Assembly (NCBI GenBank): GCA_951406725.2 | Contig: OX597822.1 | Location: 82,150,001 to 82,214,000, forward strand | DNA length: 64,000 bases | Direction of reading: 5' to 3' | Origin: Octopus vulgaris | Taxonomy: Eukaryota | Shown here: positions 22,204 through 35,719 of the stretch, in pieces | How positions within the stretch are numbered: the stretch's first letter is position 1 | How the letters are laid out: the number at the start of each line of letters is the position of its first letter | Made by a program: the position numbers and the translations under genes | Notes under the pieces: model-generated | The model's input: the letters and a program-made list of their open reading frames with translations, nothing else | What the model was told of the DNA's origin: nothing | The model's database searches: none

Positions 22204-22636
22204 CACGTTAAAAGCTCGAACCGATCATGACCGATGCCGGACCCTCCGGCCCCTGTGCAGGTGGCACGTAAAAAGCACCCAATCCACTCACGGAGTGGTT
22301 GGCGTTAGGAAGGGCATCCAGCCGTAGAAACTCTGCCAGATTCAGACTGGAGCCTGGAGCGGCCCCTGGCTTCCCAGACCCGGTCGAACCGTCCAACCCG
22401 TGCTAGCGCGGAAAGCGGACGTTAAACGATGATGATGATGATGATGATATATATATATAGCTGTGTGGTAAGTAGCTTGCTTACCAACCACATGATTCCA
22501 GATTCAGTTCCACTGGGCAAGTATCTTCTACTGTAGCCTCAGGCTGACCAAAGCCTTGTGAATGATTTGGTAGATGGAAACTGAAAGAAGCCCGTCGATA
22601 AAACTTACATGGAAAAGGATGCGTGGCATTCTATCA

Positions 22637-23030
22637 TATAATAATATAAATAATATATAAATATATACATATATATATAAATATATGTACATACCTACAT
22701 ATATATGTATATATACATGCATATATGGGTACAGGACATAAAAAAAACGTGGAACACAATGAGAAATGAAAACATAAAAACAAAATCATAGAAACGAACT
22801 TTTTTTTACAAACAATGAAAAAACAGAGTACAAGGCAATACAGCACAAGGAATATTCCCCTTTTGCTGTTTGAAAAAAAGTTTGTTTCTATGTTTTTGTT
22901 TTTATGTTTTCATTTCTCATTGTGTTCCATGTTTTTTTTATGTCCTGTATCCATATATTCATGTATATATACATATATATGTAGGTATGTACATATATGT
23001 ATGTGTATATGCATATATTTATATATTATT

Positions 23031-23040
<10 letters not shown>
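22637..23040. repeat. Long inverted repeat (~175-bp arms)
   Basis: gggtacaggacataaaaaaaacgtggaacacaatgagaaatgaaaacataaaaac (22728-22780) is reverse-complemented at about 22892-22953; the arms extend into AT-rich flanks. Confidence 0.9.
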
Positions 23041-23060
<20 letters not shown>

Positions 23061-23061
<1 letters not shown>

Positions 23062-23463
23062 GGCGCAGGAGTGGCTGTGTGGTAAGTAGCTTGCTAACCA
23101 ACCACATGGTTCCGGGTTCAGTCCCACTGCATGGCATCTTGGGCAAGTGTCTTCTGCTATAGCCCCTGGCCGACCAATGCCTTGTGAGTGGATTTGGTAG
23201 ACGGAAACTGAAAGAAGCCATCATGTATATATATATGTGTGTGTGTGTTTGTGTGTTTGTATTTGTCCCCCTAGCATCGCTTGACGACCGATGCTGGTGT
23301 GTTTACGTCCCCGTCACTTAGCGGTTCGGCAAAAAAGAGACCGATAGAATAAGTACTGGGCTTACAAAGAATAAGTCCCGCGGTCGAGTTGCTTGATTAA
23401 AGGCGGTGCTCCAGCATGGCCGCAGTGAAATGACTGAAACAAGTAAAAGAGAAAAGAGAGAAA
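23061..23463 (+). mobile_element. SINE family A, complete reference copy
   Basis: ggcgcaggagTGGCTGTGTGGtaag (A-box-like), GGGTTCAGTCCC (B-box-like), internal (TA)/(TG)n, tail gaaacaagtaaaagagaaaagag. Confidence 0.9.
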
Positions 23464-23714
23464 GAGATATATATGCATGTGTGTATATGTTCGTGTGTCT
23501 GTGTTTGTCCCACCAACATCGCTTGACAACTGATGCTTTTGTGTTTAGGTTCCTGTAACTTAGCGGTTTGGCAAAACAAACCTGATAGAATAAGTCCTGA
23601 GGTCAATTTAATTGACTAAAGGTGCTGCTCCAGCATGGCTGCAGTCAAATGACTGAAACAAGTAAAAGAATAAAAGAATATATATATATATGTGTGTGTG
23701 AGTGTAGAGAATGC

Positions 23715-23995
23715 TTGTGCTGCCTGACTGGCACATGTACCAGTGGTGTGTAAAAAGCCCCATTTGAATGTGGCTAATGCCAGTGCCACCTGACTGGCAC
23801 CCCTGCCAGTAGCATGTAAAAAGCACCCCCTACTCTCTCTGAGTGGTTGGTATTAGATAGGAAACCCAGCTGTAGAAACCTTGCCAGATCAGATTGGAGC
23901 CTGGCACAGCCTCCTGGCTTGCCAGTTCCCAGTCAAACCTTCCAACCCATGCCAGCATGGAAAGAAGACGTTAAACGATGATGAAGATGATGATG
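23715..23995 (+). mobile_element. RTE 3'-UTR fragment
   Basis: Two hairpin modules, RTE terminus and gatgat tail. Confidence 0.8.
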
Positions 23996-24000
23996 TATAT

Positions 24001-24205
24001 TCTTTTACTTGCTTCAGTCATTTTGACTGTGGCCATGCTGGAGCATAGCCTTTTAGTCAAAGAAATTGACCCCTGGACTTATTCTTTGGAAGCCTAGTAC
24101 TTTTCATATCAGTCTCCTTTTGGTAAACCACTAAGTTACAGGGATATAAACACACCAAGTTCAGTTGTCAAGCAATGGTAGAGGGACAAACACAAACAAG
24201 CATAA

Positions 24206-24249
<44 letters not shown>

Positions 24250-24412
24250 GACGGGCAATTTTTAGATTCCATCTACCAAATCTATTCACAAGGCTTTGGT
24301 CAGCCTGAAGCTATAGCAAAAGATACTTGCCCAAGGTGCCACGCAGTAGGACTGAACCTGGAACCATGTGGCTGGTAAGCAAGCTACTTACCACAAGGCC
24401 ACTCCTGCACCT
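24001..24412 (-). mobile_element. SINE family A
   Basis: Reverse complement of 23061-23463. Confidence 0.85.
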
Positions 24413-24630
24413 ATATATATACATACATAAATACATACACATAGATACACACACATACTCACACATACATACACACACATACATACATACATACATACAC
24501 ATACATACATACATACACACACACATACATACACACACATACATACATACATGCACACATACATACACACACATACATACATACACATATATACATATAT
24601 ATATTCTTATATATACATACATATATATAT

Positions 24631-24788
24631 ATCATCATCATCATTTAACGTCCGTTCTCCATGCTAGCATGGGTTGGACGGTTCGACCGGGGATCTGGGA
24701 AGCCAGAAGGCTGCACCAGGCTCCAGTCTTATCTGGCAATGTTTCTACAGCTGGATGCCCTTCCTAACGCCAACCACTCCGTGAGTGT
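24631..24788 (-). mobile_element. RTE 3' end fragment inside a (TA/CA) microsatellite
   Basis: catcatcatttaacgtccg..ctggatgcccttcctaacgccaaccactccgtgagtg. Confidence 0.85.
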
Positions 24789-24796
24789 ACATATAT

Positions 24797-24835
<39 letters not shown>

Positions 24836-25234
24836 CATACATACATACATATACATACATACATACATACATACACATATATACATACATACACATATGG
24901 GTGTGTGTGTGTGCGTGTATGTATGTATTCTTAGAGATAGAAGATATGGCTATGTGACCAATGAGTTTGCAACATTTTGGCTTTGAATTCGCTTCCACTG
25001 CACGTTACCTCTAGCAAATGTCTTCAAATATAGACTTCAGCTGACCAATGCCTTTTAAGTGAATACGATGGATGGAATTGGTATAGAAACACAGCATATA
25101 CATATTTTGTGTGCATGTATATATTTTATATATATATATATAATAATTATTTGAGGGAATATTAATCCTAACTTACAGGGAAAAATTCAATTTAGAAATA
25201 CTAAATCAAATTTCACACAATATAATATATATAA

Positions 25235-25510
25235 AAATTAGAAAAAAACACCTTTTATCAATTCAAAATGAACAATTAAATTACACCATCTAGAAAATTA
25301 CATATAATAGAAATATTAAAATTAGAATAACAATAATATACCGATGATAAAGTAAATTGTGAAAAAATAATAAAAATGTATCATATACCAATCATATACG
25401 TTTTTATTATTGTTATTTTAATTCTAATATTTCTATTATATGTAATTTTCTAGATGGTGTAATTTAATTGTTCATTTTGAATTGATAAAAGGTGTTTTTT
25501 TTTCTAATTT
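25235..25510. repeat. Inverted repeat (~105-bp arms)
   Basis: aattagaaaaaaacaccttttatcaattcaaaatgaacaattaaattacaccatctagaaaattac... is reverse-complemented at 25404-25510. Confidence 0.9.
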
Positions 25511-25569
<59 letters not shown>

Positions 25570-25985
25570 CATACCTACATACATACACACACATTTATGG
25601 AGAGAGATTCTGCTTTCAAATTATGTGGCCTAGATAAATTCTATTTTCAGGGAGAAAGAGTGTGATAACCTTCCAATTTTGTTTTATTTATATATCTATA
25701 TTTAGTCTTTTATTGTTTTTTTATTGCTCCCCGAAAACAAATAGCTATGAATTCATTAAAACTCTTCAAAAGAATACCGAAGAACTGTGAAATGCACAGA
25801 CACATAAACACACACATGAAAGTAAACTTAGTTTTACTCATTATTCCAGCTTTGCCTCTCCTGTTATTGTCCAACATAGAAGTACATAGGAGATAGCATT
25901 AGAGATAACCACAGAAACAGCTGATCTGTGCCAAATTCTGGTGTGTGTACCATACCAGAGGGCACATGGGTGAACAAACGCATGT

Positions 25986-26025
<40 letters not shown>

Positions 26026-26583
26026 CGTGTGTGTGTGTGTATCTATATATATATGCGTATCTATCTATATATAAATATATATGTATCTATATATATATGT
26101 GTATCTATCTATATATAAATATATATGTATCTATATATATATGTATCTATCTATCTATATATATATGTATCTATCTATCTATATATGTATGTAGATCTAT
26201 CTATCTATATATATATATATATATATACACACGAGTGTGTGCATGTGTGTGTGTGTGTATATATATGTGCATGTGTGTGTGTATATATATATATACACAC
26301 ACATAACATACATATAACATATGCCTTCATCCTTATAACCACAGAATAATCCCTATCAGATTCCTGACATTCTTCAAAATTATAAAAACAAGAAAACAGA
26401 AGAAATGCAAAAATTGAATTATATTTTTTTTGGGGGGGGGACTCTGAGATGTGTTGCTTCAAACTAATATATACACAGAAAGAAGAGAAAGGAGAGATAG
26501 GAAGAAAAGAGAAAAAGAGCAAGGAAAATGGTTCAAAGGATAGGAGAAAGAGAGAAGACAAAAGAAAATAGTGTACACACACA

Positions 26584-26621
<38 letters not shown>

Positions 26622-26622
26622 C

Positions 26623-26882
26623 ACTATAGCCTTGAGTGAAATTGATTGACAGAATCTGAAAGAAGCCCGTCGTATATATAAATGTGTGTGTGTGTGTGTG
26701 TCTCCTCCCACCACCACCAATGCTTGAAAACCAATGTTGGTGTGTTTACATCCCTGTAATTTAGTCATTTGAGACTGATAGAATAAGTACTATTTTATTA
26801 AAGAATAAGTCCTGGGTTCAATTTGTTCAACTAAAGGTGGTGCTCCACCAAGGCTGCAGTCAAATGTCTGAAACAAATAAAA

Positions 26883-26886
<4 letters not shown>
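26623..26886 (+). mobile_element. SINE family A, head-truncated
   Basis: gaaagaagcccgtcg..gatagaataagtact..ctaaaggtggtgctcc. Confidence 0.75.
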
Positions 26887-26945
<59 letters not shown>

Positions 26946-27479
26946 CACACATGCACTAAATTATGAATTGTCTTTCTCATATGCTACACCTCAGCACATC
27001 AGCCAACAAACTCCATTCTGCATCTAAGTCCCAAACCAGTGACTCATTTCGTTTTGGAGTCACCTGAGTACATGGTATTGATAAGTCATAAGAAGAATGG
27101 TGAATATCAGCATCTACCATTTTTGGTGATTCCAAGGCAAGTTTTTTTGCTTGGTCTGTGACATTCAGGTTTTCTTTAACACTCAGCATCATGTAGGGAA
27201 CTTTCCCTGGACAGAATCCCACAGAAAATTTTACTCATAAATGAAATACATATGTTATGTATGTGTGACCGATAGTGTTTACATATAATATTCATATATT
27301 GTATGACATGTATAGCAATTGCTAAAAAACTGCATTAAGTAGAAGACAGACTTGTATCAAGTCCTTGTTGGTCTCAAGTTTTTGATACGGTGTACAAACG
27401 TTATATTTTGTGGAAAATTAATTTTTCTTAGTCAAATTTGTTCTGAATATTGAATCATAAATGTTATGAAAGGACATTG

Positions 27480-28660
27480 TTACATTTACTAACTCAACAA
27501 TGCTAATGCCAAACATGGTGCTGAGCTTAGAGACATCTAAGCAGACAGTTCTGTTAGAAGTCTCTGTGAAACATTCTGAAGAAGCTTGAGTGTCCTGATA
27601 AGTTTGTCTCTATGTTTAGGCATTTCCATGATGGAATGAAAGTATGTGTTAACGTGGGTGGTCAGCTCTCGGATCCAATTTTGGTTGAAAATGGCGTTAA
27701 GATATATTAGCACTGACTTGGCTTTCTTTTTATAGATTTTGAAGGTTGCCTACATCAGATACCAAACAACAGACAGGATGTTGAATATAAGATAGTTCAC
27801 AGCCAAAAGAACACGTGCTCTTATCACTAACATACAAATGCCTGTACACTGATGACTGTGATCTTGTCGCTCACTCCTAGAATGACATGGACTCCCTCTC
27901 GACAGCTTGCAGTGCATTGGGTCTAATAATTAGCCTGGAAAGACAGTCATACCATACAACACTGCATCAAGTAAAGCCTATTCAAAGCAAAACACTTATG
28001 AGTATGGATAGAAATTGTAGGTTATGAATAAATTCATATATTTAGGCAGAACTGTGAACATGACACATACTCCTGATAATGATCTCTCCCTCTGAATCAC
28101 GATAGCCATTGATGCATTCAGAAAATTAGAGGTTTATAGTCTCAGACATGGAATTTCAATTGAGAAAAAGATGAAGGTCAACAATATTTGTGTTTTCTTT
28201 TCATTGTTATATGTATGTAAGACTTATGTTATCTATTGGACACATGAAAAGGCTGGAGCGATTTCATTACAATGTCTCCACCATATACTGAGTATCCAAT
28301 GGCAAGTGTATGTAAGTGATGTTGAAGTCCTGCAACTCAGTGTATGCAATATGAAGTCTTTAATACTTCAATACTGATTAAGATAGAGTGGTTATGTGGT
28401 CAGGATAGAAGACAATCAGATCCCTAAGCAATTTTTGTACTGTGAGTCATCCAAAGGTGAAAGGCCATTGCACAAACTGAAAATAAGGCTCAGAGATTGC
28501 ATCAAGAATATACTGAAGAAGATTGAAAACTTAGAAAAAATGGATGTAAAAACCTTGTTCTAGATTGTTCATCATTGAGAAAAGCAATGCATGACGGAAG
28601 GAGGGAATGCAACCAAAATCATAACAAGTATGAAAAGCTCAAGAGAGATTATTTGTAAGG
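27480..28660 (+). pseudogene. Degraded RTE/BovB-like LINE RT region
   Basis: Fragmented translations CPDKFVSMFRHFHDGMKVCVNVGGQLSDPILVENGVK, LYTDDCDLVAHS and GYVVRIEDNQIPKQFLY. Confidence 0.75.
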
Positions 28661-30039
28661 GTCTTGGTGTTGATTTGTCCAAGTATAACAGTGCAGAACC
28701 CAATTGTAACATGTAACAAAAGTGGAGAGTGTTTATCTAATTGAGATGAGCTTTGAAATTCATCAGAAAAGCTTAATATTAATTTTCTACACATTTTTCG
28801 CATTTACACGAATCAGTCAAATAATTGTTTGTGTATGTGTATGCAAATATGTATGTATGTATGTATGTAAAACAGTTCTGAAGAAACTATAGGATGTTAC
28901 AGAAACACTTGGCTCTGAGTGCTTTGTCTCTCATAGCAGAACCAGCTGTAAGCTAGTGAATGTGATTAAGTGACTCTTGTTCTTATGTCATTCATTAATT
29001 GAGATATATTTATGTAAAATATTAATTTGAAGATAAAGTAGAGCGGAAATAAGTTGAGAGAGTGGCTGGACATTAAAGGTATCAACTGAGATTTAGAAAA
29101 GTGATGCCTGTGGTGGTAAGAACATGAAGTAAGAAAAGATAAAGAAAGTTGCAGGGTGGAGGAGAAGAAGGTGGCTATTGAGATCCAGGTCAGCCTTGAT
29201 CTGATTTATGATCAAGCATGTTACAGCTGTGATTGATCATCTTGTGTATTTAAATAAAAAGACAAAAAAAAAATAAAAGAAAACAGACTGTAGAGAACCG
29301 CCCTTTCATTTGTATTCCTTTTAGGGTTTATTTAAAGATGGGAGGGTAGGATTTGAAGTAGATTCTGCTGTTCTTTCTGGCAGACTGAGTGACCACATAT
29401 AGAAACACAAACCCCTTTGGCTCTGTACTGTGTGATGCCAACAGAAGATTCTCATAATGGAAGTAGACATGCAAATAAGTAGGGTGGTCAGAATCTAAGG
29501 ATATTGAGCATCTCAGCAAAGCTAAGCTGGCAGCAGATCAAAACAGCTTAGGATTTACGAGAAGGCAGACCTATCCTACACATAGAAGCTTAGAAAAGAA
29601 GAGACATTAAAACAAGCACAACTGACAGGATGCTGACGAAGACAATGGTGATAATAATGACGATAAAAATGATGATAATGACACGTGTATAAATGAAAAC
29701 GACACATAATATAAATTCATAGCCACACATAACCACACAAACCCACGCATAAAGATACCCCCAGCGCTCTTCTAGTGCCCCCTCCCCACACCGTCTCCCT
29801 ACTCTATCTCCTCTCATTCTAAAGATTTCTGAGAATCACACAGAAAGATATTTTAAGTGGACATAAAGATGACAGTGATCAGCCAAGAATTAAAACAACC
29901 GAGAAGTACTCTTGTCACTTACATTCTGTGTTTATATTATCATTATATACGCACACATACATATATATTCGTGAATGTATGTATGCAAGCATGTATAGAT
30001 TGTACATCAGTAGGTATATTTGGATATACATACATGTGT

Positions 30040-30293
30040 TCATATATATATATATATATACATACAAACACACATACATATACACACACACATACATATA
30101 TATATATACACACACATATATATACACACACATACATATACACACACATATATATATACACACATACATATACACACACATACACATACACACACATACA
30201 CATATATACATATACACACACACATATACACATATACACACACACATATACACACATACACATATATACATATACACACATACACATATATGT

Positions 30294-30345
<52 letters not shown>
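30040..30345. repeat. Compound (TA)/(CA) microsatellite
   Basis: Continuous tata/caca/tacac low-complexity tract. Confidence 0.95.
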
Positions 30346-30347
<2 letters not shown>

Positions 30348-30897
30348 GTATGTATGTTTATTTTATATTCTTCATAATACAGCCTGTCTCTATTTCTGAC
30401 TATCTCTGCAAGAACAATCCATCTTTTCCATGAATAAAAATTTTAAAGAAATAAACAGATTGATAAGAAGAGCCAGATCACTGTAAGTCTCATCTCAAGA
30501 AATGTTAATGTCTTTGAGAAATTGGAATGTCATATCAGAGTATTAAAATGAAAAGACTGCCTTTCTTGATTTTTTTTTTTTTTTGATTTAATATTTTATC
30601 TCTCCCTCTTTCCTTCTCTCTTTCTTTCTCTCTTTAAATGTCTTTTCAAAGCGATTAGACTCTAATTTCTGTAAAGATGAAACAAATAAAATGGTTAACT
30701 GTTCTTCTATTGAAAACAAATATCTTGTGAGGAATGACTGCAAAAATTATTTGTTTGTGTTTAAATTTTGACTTTATTTTAGAAAAAGAATTTTTTTTTG
30801 ACAAGAATAAAACTAATGAAGAAAAAAAGGATGCTAATGGTTAGAAAAGAAATGTGTAGTATTTAATTTTGCATTTTAGCTTTATGTTGAATTATTT

Positions 30898-30930
<33 letters not shown>

Positions 30931-31271
30931 GGGTAGAGAGTATAGTATTTAGATTATTTAAAAAAAAAAACAAAGATGGCTGAAAATCATTATCATAATC
31001 ATTGTTTTAACATCCCCCATTTTCATGCTTGAATGAGTCAGGGGGCAGTTTTATGGAGGCAGATTTTCTAAGACTGGATACCCTCTTTGTTGCCAATTCT
31101 CACCTATTTCCAAGTAAGGTAATATTTCCCCAGGGCCAGATATGTTTCCATGAAAGATTTGACATGAAGGACACTGCTGGCCACTCGATGCCAACACAAG
31201 GAAACAATAAAACACACACACCACACACACAAAGACATCTCAAAAGTGTGTGTGTGTGTGTGTGTGTGTTG

Positions 31272-31325
<54 letters not shown>

Positions 31326-31350
31326 TATAAAAAAGAACTACATATACATA

Positions 31351-31573
31351 CACAAGAGGGTGCTAAAAAGTTCCTGGCTTTGGGTAAAAGAAAATACAGG
31401 AGGATCAATCAATTATGATTTTATTCAACATATTCCCCTCTCAGATTCACACACATATTGCAGCAGTCCTTCAGTTTTTCTAAGCCCTGTAAAGGAACTC
31501 AGAATGTTGGGTCTCCAACTAGGCCTTTTGTGATACCCTTAAAGCCAGGAACTTTTCAACACTACTTCATGTG
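31351..31573. mobile_element. Tc1/mariner-type MITE
   Basis: Terminal inverted repeats gagggtgctaaaaagttcctggcttt / aaagccaggaacttttcaacactac; about 220 bp, non-coding. Confidence 0.7.
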
Positions 31574-31789
31574 TGTGCCTAAGTATATGTGTGTGCCTAA
31601 GTATGTGTGTGCATGTACACACACATAATGATGAGCTTCTTTATTTCTTTCGATTTCCGTCTTCCAAATCCTCTCGCAAGACTTTGGTCTGCTTCGGGTT
31701 TCATGAAGAGACACTGGCCCAAAATTCCATTCAGTGGGGCAGAATTTGTAAATAAATTTACCAATTATTGTTATTATTTTTTTTTTTTA

Positions 31790-32000
31790 AGTGGCAAGCT
31801 GGCAGAATTGTTAGCATGGTAGATGAAATACTTAGCGGTATTAAATCTACCACTATGTTCTGAGTTCAAATTCCGTCAAGGTCACATTTACTCTTCATCC
31901 TTTCAGAGTCAATAAATTATGTACCAGTGAAACACTGGAATCAATGTAATCGACTAGCCCCTCCCCCAAAATTTCAGGCCTTGTACTTTTAGCAGAATGG
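31790..32000 (+). mobile_element. SINE family B
   Basis: gtggcaagctggcagaattgttagc..ctgagttcaaattcc..cttcatcctttc. Confidence 0.75.
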
Positions 32001-32390
32001 CTTATCATTATTATTATTATTATTATTGGGAGATGGAAGAGGAGTAAATAATCATAATACACTGAAAAAAAATTGAAGAAAACTATATTAAATTCTGACA
32101 TCTGGTTTTTCTCGCTATAAGGACAGTTGCAACTTGTTTGAGACAAAGATCATCTTTATGAATGAAATGTAGGACACAGAAGGCAAATGAAATGAGAAAA
32201 CATCCCCTTCTCTCTCTCTCTCTCATACATACATACATATATACACACACACACACACACACTCATAAACACGCCTGTATCTATATAATCATCATTAATT
32301 CACTTATTAATTTACCAAGCTTGCTTAGGCTGAAATTTATTCTTTATATATTTATTTATTGTATGCATGGGCATGTGTGCAAGCATGTGG

Positions 32391-32434
<44 letters not shown>

Positions 32435-33064
32435 ATGAGTCTATACGTTTCTATTGGGAAGTGTTCTTTTATACATTAAGTCCACTTTGCCATCATAACA
32501 AATATCAAGTTCTCGTATATATTTTCCCCTTTCTTCTGAGATGGAGGGGCAGCACCCATGATATTTCTCTGCTCTCCCAAGCAGCAAGATCAACACAATC
32601 ATTATTATTCATCATTCTTCTATGTTTGCTTTTTCCTGCAGGCATGCATAGGATGAGTTTTCTGAGGAAGAAGTGTTTTACAGGTGGCCTTTGGGCCTTT
32701 GTGTGTCATCTCTTTTAGTTACCACTTATAATATGTATGGTACTTATTTTAAAACTTGGATACACAGTATGAAATTCCATGATAATTGGAGGGAAAAAAT
32801 ACAGATTATAGATAACAATGAAACCTATATATGGATGTGCTAGCTTTTAGAAATGGTAGCAAAATATTCCTCAAAACATTACCTAATCCATCTTAAACAC
32901 AGTGTGGAAGAACACATTGCATAATATGGTCCTAGATACACTCAGTCTGAATAATAGATGGCATGGTCATGGAGAGCATGTCTTTGATTATTGTTCAGCC
33001 TGATCAAGGTAGACATGATGCTAGACAAGAAAAATAACAATATCAACAAAAATAATTACAACAT

Positions 33065-33625
33065 GCTGGTGACACGTAAAACGCACTGTTCAAGCATTGG
33101 GCCTCATAGAGGCAGTGACAGGTGACCGAGACCTTTGGAGATAGACTGTGCTTGAGAAAACCTGTTAAGCCAAGTGGAATCATAGTTGTGGTCAATACTG
33201 GTGTCACAGCAATAGCACCTGTGTTAGTGGCATGAAAAAAGCATCAATTACGTTCTTGGAGTGGTTGGCGTTAGGAAGGGCATCCAGCTGTAGAAATCAT
33301 GCCAAATCAGACTGGAACCTGGTGCAGCTCCTTGGTATACCAGTTTTTGGTCAAACCATCCAACCTGTGCCAACATGGAAAATAGACGTTAAATTATGAT
33401 GATGACGATGATGATGAACAATGGCAACAAAGGCAAGAGACATTATTCCAGAGGATTGTATCTCTACAAAAGAATCATCATTATCCTCATCAATATTTAG
33501 CATCCATTTTTCCATGCTGGCACAGGTCAGATGGTCTGACAAGAGCTGACAAGCAGGGGACTGCAACAAGCTCCAATTGTCTGTTTTGACAAGATTTTTA
33601 CTGCTGGGTGCCCTTCCTAATGGCA
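33065..33625. mobile_element. Two RTE-tail repeats, tail-to-tail (33065-33416 +, 33475-33625 -)
   Basis: Both carry the gtggttggcgttaggaagggcatccagc core and gat/cat tails. Confidence 0.75.
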
Positions 33626-34417
33626 AATGACTAAATAATAAAAAAAAAATGTTTAGTGCTCATTTTGTTTAATAGGGTTTGGGACAAAATAGGATTGACC
33701 AGATGCAGACTGGAAGATGAATAAGGTAAGATGAGTCATATCTTCAGAGGGGCAGAGGTCATTAGTGTTGCAACAGAAATAGCAGAGAGAAGAAACCATG
33801 CATCTGTGATTCAATGGGTGTAATATATTGGTGAATGAGTTTTGGCAATTAGCCGAATGGACATTTTATTTCTGTGTGGTCTTGGTTGCTTCTATGTTGT
33901 AATAACAGCACCATTCCAAATACTTATGCTGTCACACAATAATGTATGTATGTCTGTGCACTCATGCTCTGCAAGCAAACAATAATACATGTGTGTGTGT
34001 GTATTCTGTCATCTGCTATTTACATCCACATGTCTGCACATGTCACTCTTATCTCTTACACACAACATCTGATTCCTCTTGCACAGTTCTTCTTGCACTT
34101 CATTTGTGTCCAGTCATTCATGCACACTAATGTTGCCCAACCAGTGTAAAATATTAGCCTAATTTCTTTCCAGTCTTCATATCTCCACATTTAATGCCCA
34201 TGTCTTACCATCTTGCAGCATTGCATTTCATACATATATATATACACATCATAAAATCTACCTTTCTCTCAAAGAGAGAATCCTTTTGCCGTTAGCAGAA
34301 ATAATAGCTATGTCTTTGTTTTCTATCCTGCTTCTTACTTTGTCTACAATGTTTTCTGAAGGTCTTATTCCATTACCAAATAAGTTGTAAAAATAACACA
34401 AATGCACAGACATACAT

Positions 34418-34830
34418 AGGCGCTGGAGTGGCTGTGTGGCAAGTTGCTTGCTTACCAACCACATGGTTCTGGTTTCAGTCCCACTGCATGGCAACTTGGG
34501 CAAGTGTCTTCTATTATAGTCTTGGACTGACCAAAGCCTTGTGAGTGCATTTGGTAGACAGCCTGTCTTATATATATATATATATATGTATATGTATATA
34601 TGTGTGTGTGTGTGTGAGTGTATGTATATGTTTGTGTGTCTGTGTTTGCCCCCCAACATTGCTTGACAACTGATGCTGGTGTGTTTACGTCCCCCATCAT
34701 TTAGCGGTTTGGCAAGAGAGACCGATAGAATAAGTACTAAGCTTACAAAAAATAAGTCCTGGGGTCGATTTGCTCGACTAAAGGTGGTGCTCCAGCATGG
34801 CTGCAGTCAAATGACAAACAAATAGAAGAA
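34418..34830 (+). mobile_element. SINE family A
   Basis: Collinear with 23061-23463. Confidence 0.85.
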
Positions 34831-34859
34831 AGCAGAAATATCAAATATATATACGTTGT

Positions 34860-35190
34860 CCTCTGGTTTGCAGTTTTAAAATTTGAATAACTTGCACGTC
34901 TGATCCTCACATCCTGGAACATGTACTAACCTTTTATCTCCATCCTTCCCCTCTTGCTATGTTTACCCGATACCTAACTATTTTTTTTTCTAAGCAATTA
35001 AAAGTGTTTGTTGCTCTTTCCTTAAATTCCACTCTTTCCAGGCCTCAGCTTTTGTTGTACATCCAGGTGTACATCTGTACTTCCATGTCATCTTCCTTCA
35101 AGTAGGAACCTTGCACCAACCATAAACCTAATCTGCTGCTTGGAGTAGATTGTCCCATGGGATTCCTTGTTATCTTCTCTCCTATAAGTT
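34860..35190 (-). pseudogene. Degraded internal fragment of the RTE family
   Basis: Minus strand DNLLQAAD*VYGWCKVPT matches DSLLSATDQVCGWCKVPS of ORF 19084. Confidence 0.6.
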
Positions 35191-35269
35191 ACTATATGCG
35201 CAAAACAAGGAACATTGATTGAATAAAGGACTCAATATATGTGTTAAGTCTAATATAATAATAACAATG

Positions 35270-35480
35270 CTTTCAAATTCAGACACAAGGCCAGCAATTT
35301 TGAGGGTGGGGGTAAGTCGATTACTTTAACCCCAGTATTCAACTGGTATTTATTTTTCAACCTCAAAAGGATGAAAGGCAAAGCTGACCTCAGCAGAATT
35401 TGAACTCAGCAGACAATGACAGACAAAATGCTGCTAAGCATTTTACCTGTCATGCTAACATATCTGCCAGCTCACCTCCT
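35270..35480 (-). mobile_element. SINE family B
   Basis: ggatgaaaggcaaagctgacctcagcagaatttgaactc. Confidence 0.75.
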
Positions 35481-35719
35481 TCAATAATAATAATAATGAT
35501 ACTAACAATAATTTTATATATACACACACACACACACACGAAAACTCTTGAATCAAAGATCAAGGGGCTCAAAAATCATAAAAAGGCTCAACATAAGCGA
35601 CAGAGGATAACTGTTGAGTGAATTGTAATATGTCACAGATTTATTGTTTCAGCAAAGAATTTCCAATTGCTTCCATTTTCTCTTTGGAAACAAAATTTTA
35701 ATGCTTTACCATACATAGT

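Larger units (their letters stand above)
17875..22449 (+). mobile_element. Near-full-length RTE-clade LINE
   Basis: About 1-kb repeat-containing 5' UTR, a single APE-RT ORF, a 3' UTR and a (GAT)n tail. Bounded on both sides by (TA)n. Confidence 0.93.

Noticed and set aside
26977-27222. Protein-like minus-strand ORF as a candidate host exon (similarly 29328-29519, 38008-38250, 45006-45329, 46681-47030, 59849-60133)
   Set aside because: No recognisable domain and no consistent pair of strong splice sites or chain of exons. Small host exons cannot be excluded without RNA-seq or homology searches.
28878-28920. CTGAAGA...GAAAC spacing resembling a hammerhead
   Set aside because: Stem II is only about 3 bp and there is no NUH triplet or stem I pairing.
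29857-30433. Long ORFs rich in Y/I/H/T/C/V (also near 14.3, 24.4, 26.1, 47.3, 51.4, 54.1 and 59.4 kb)
   Set aside because: They are translations of (TA)n, (CA)n or (GATA)n microsatellites that happen to lack stop codons.
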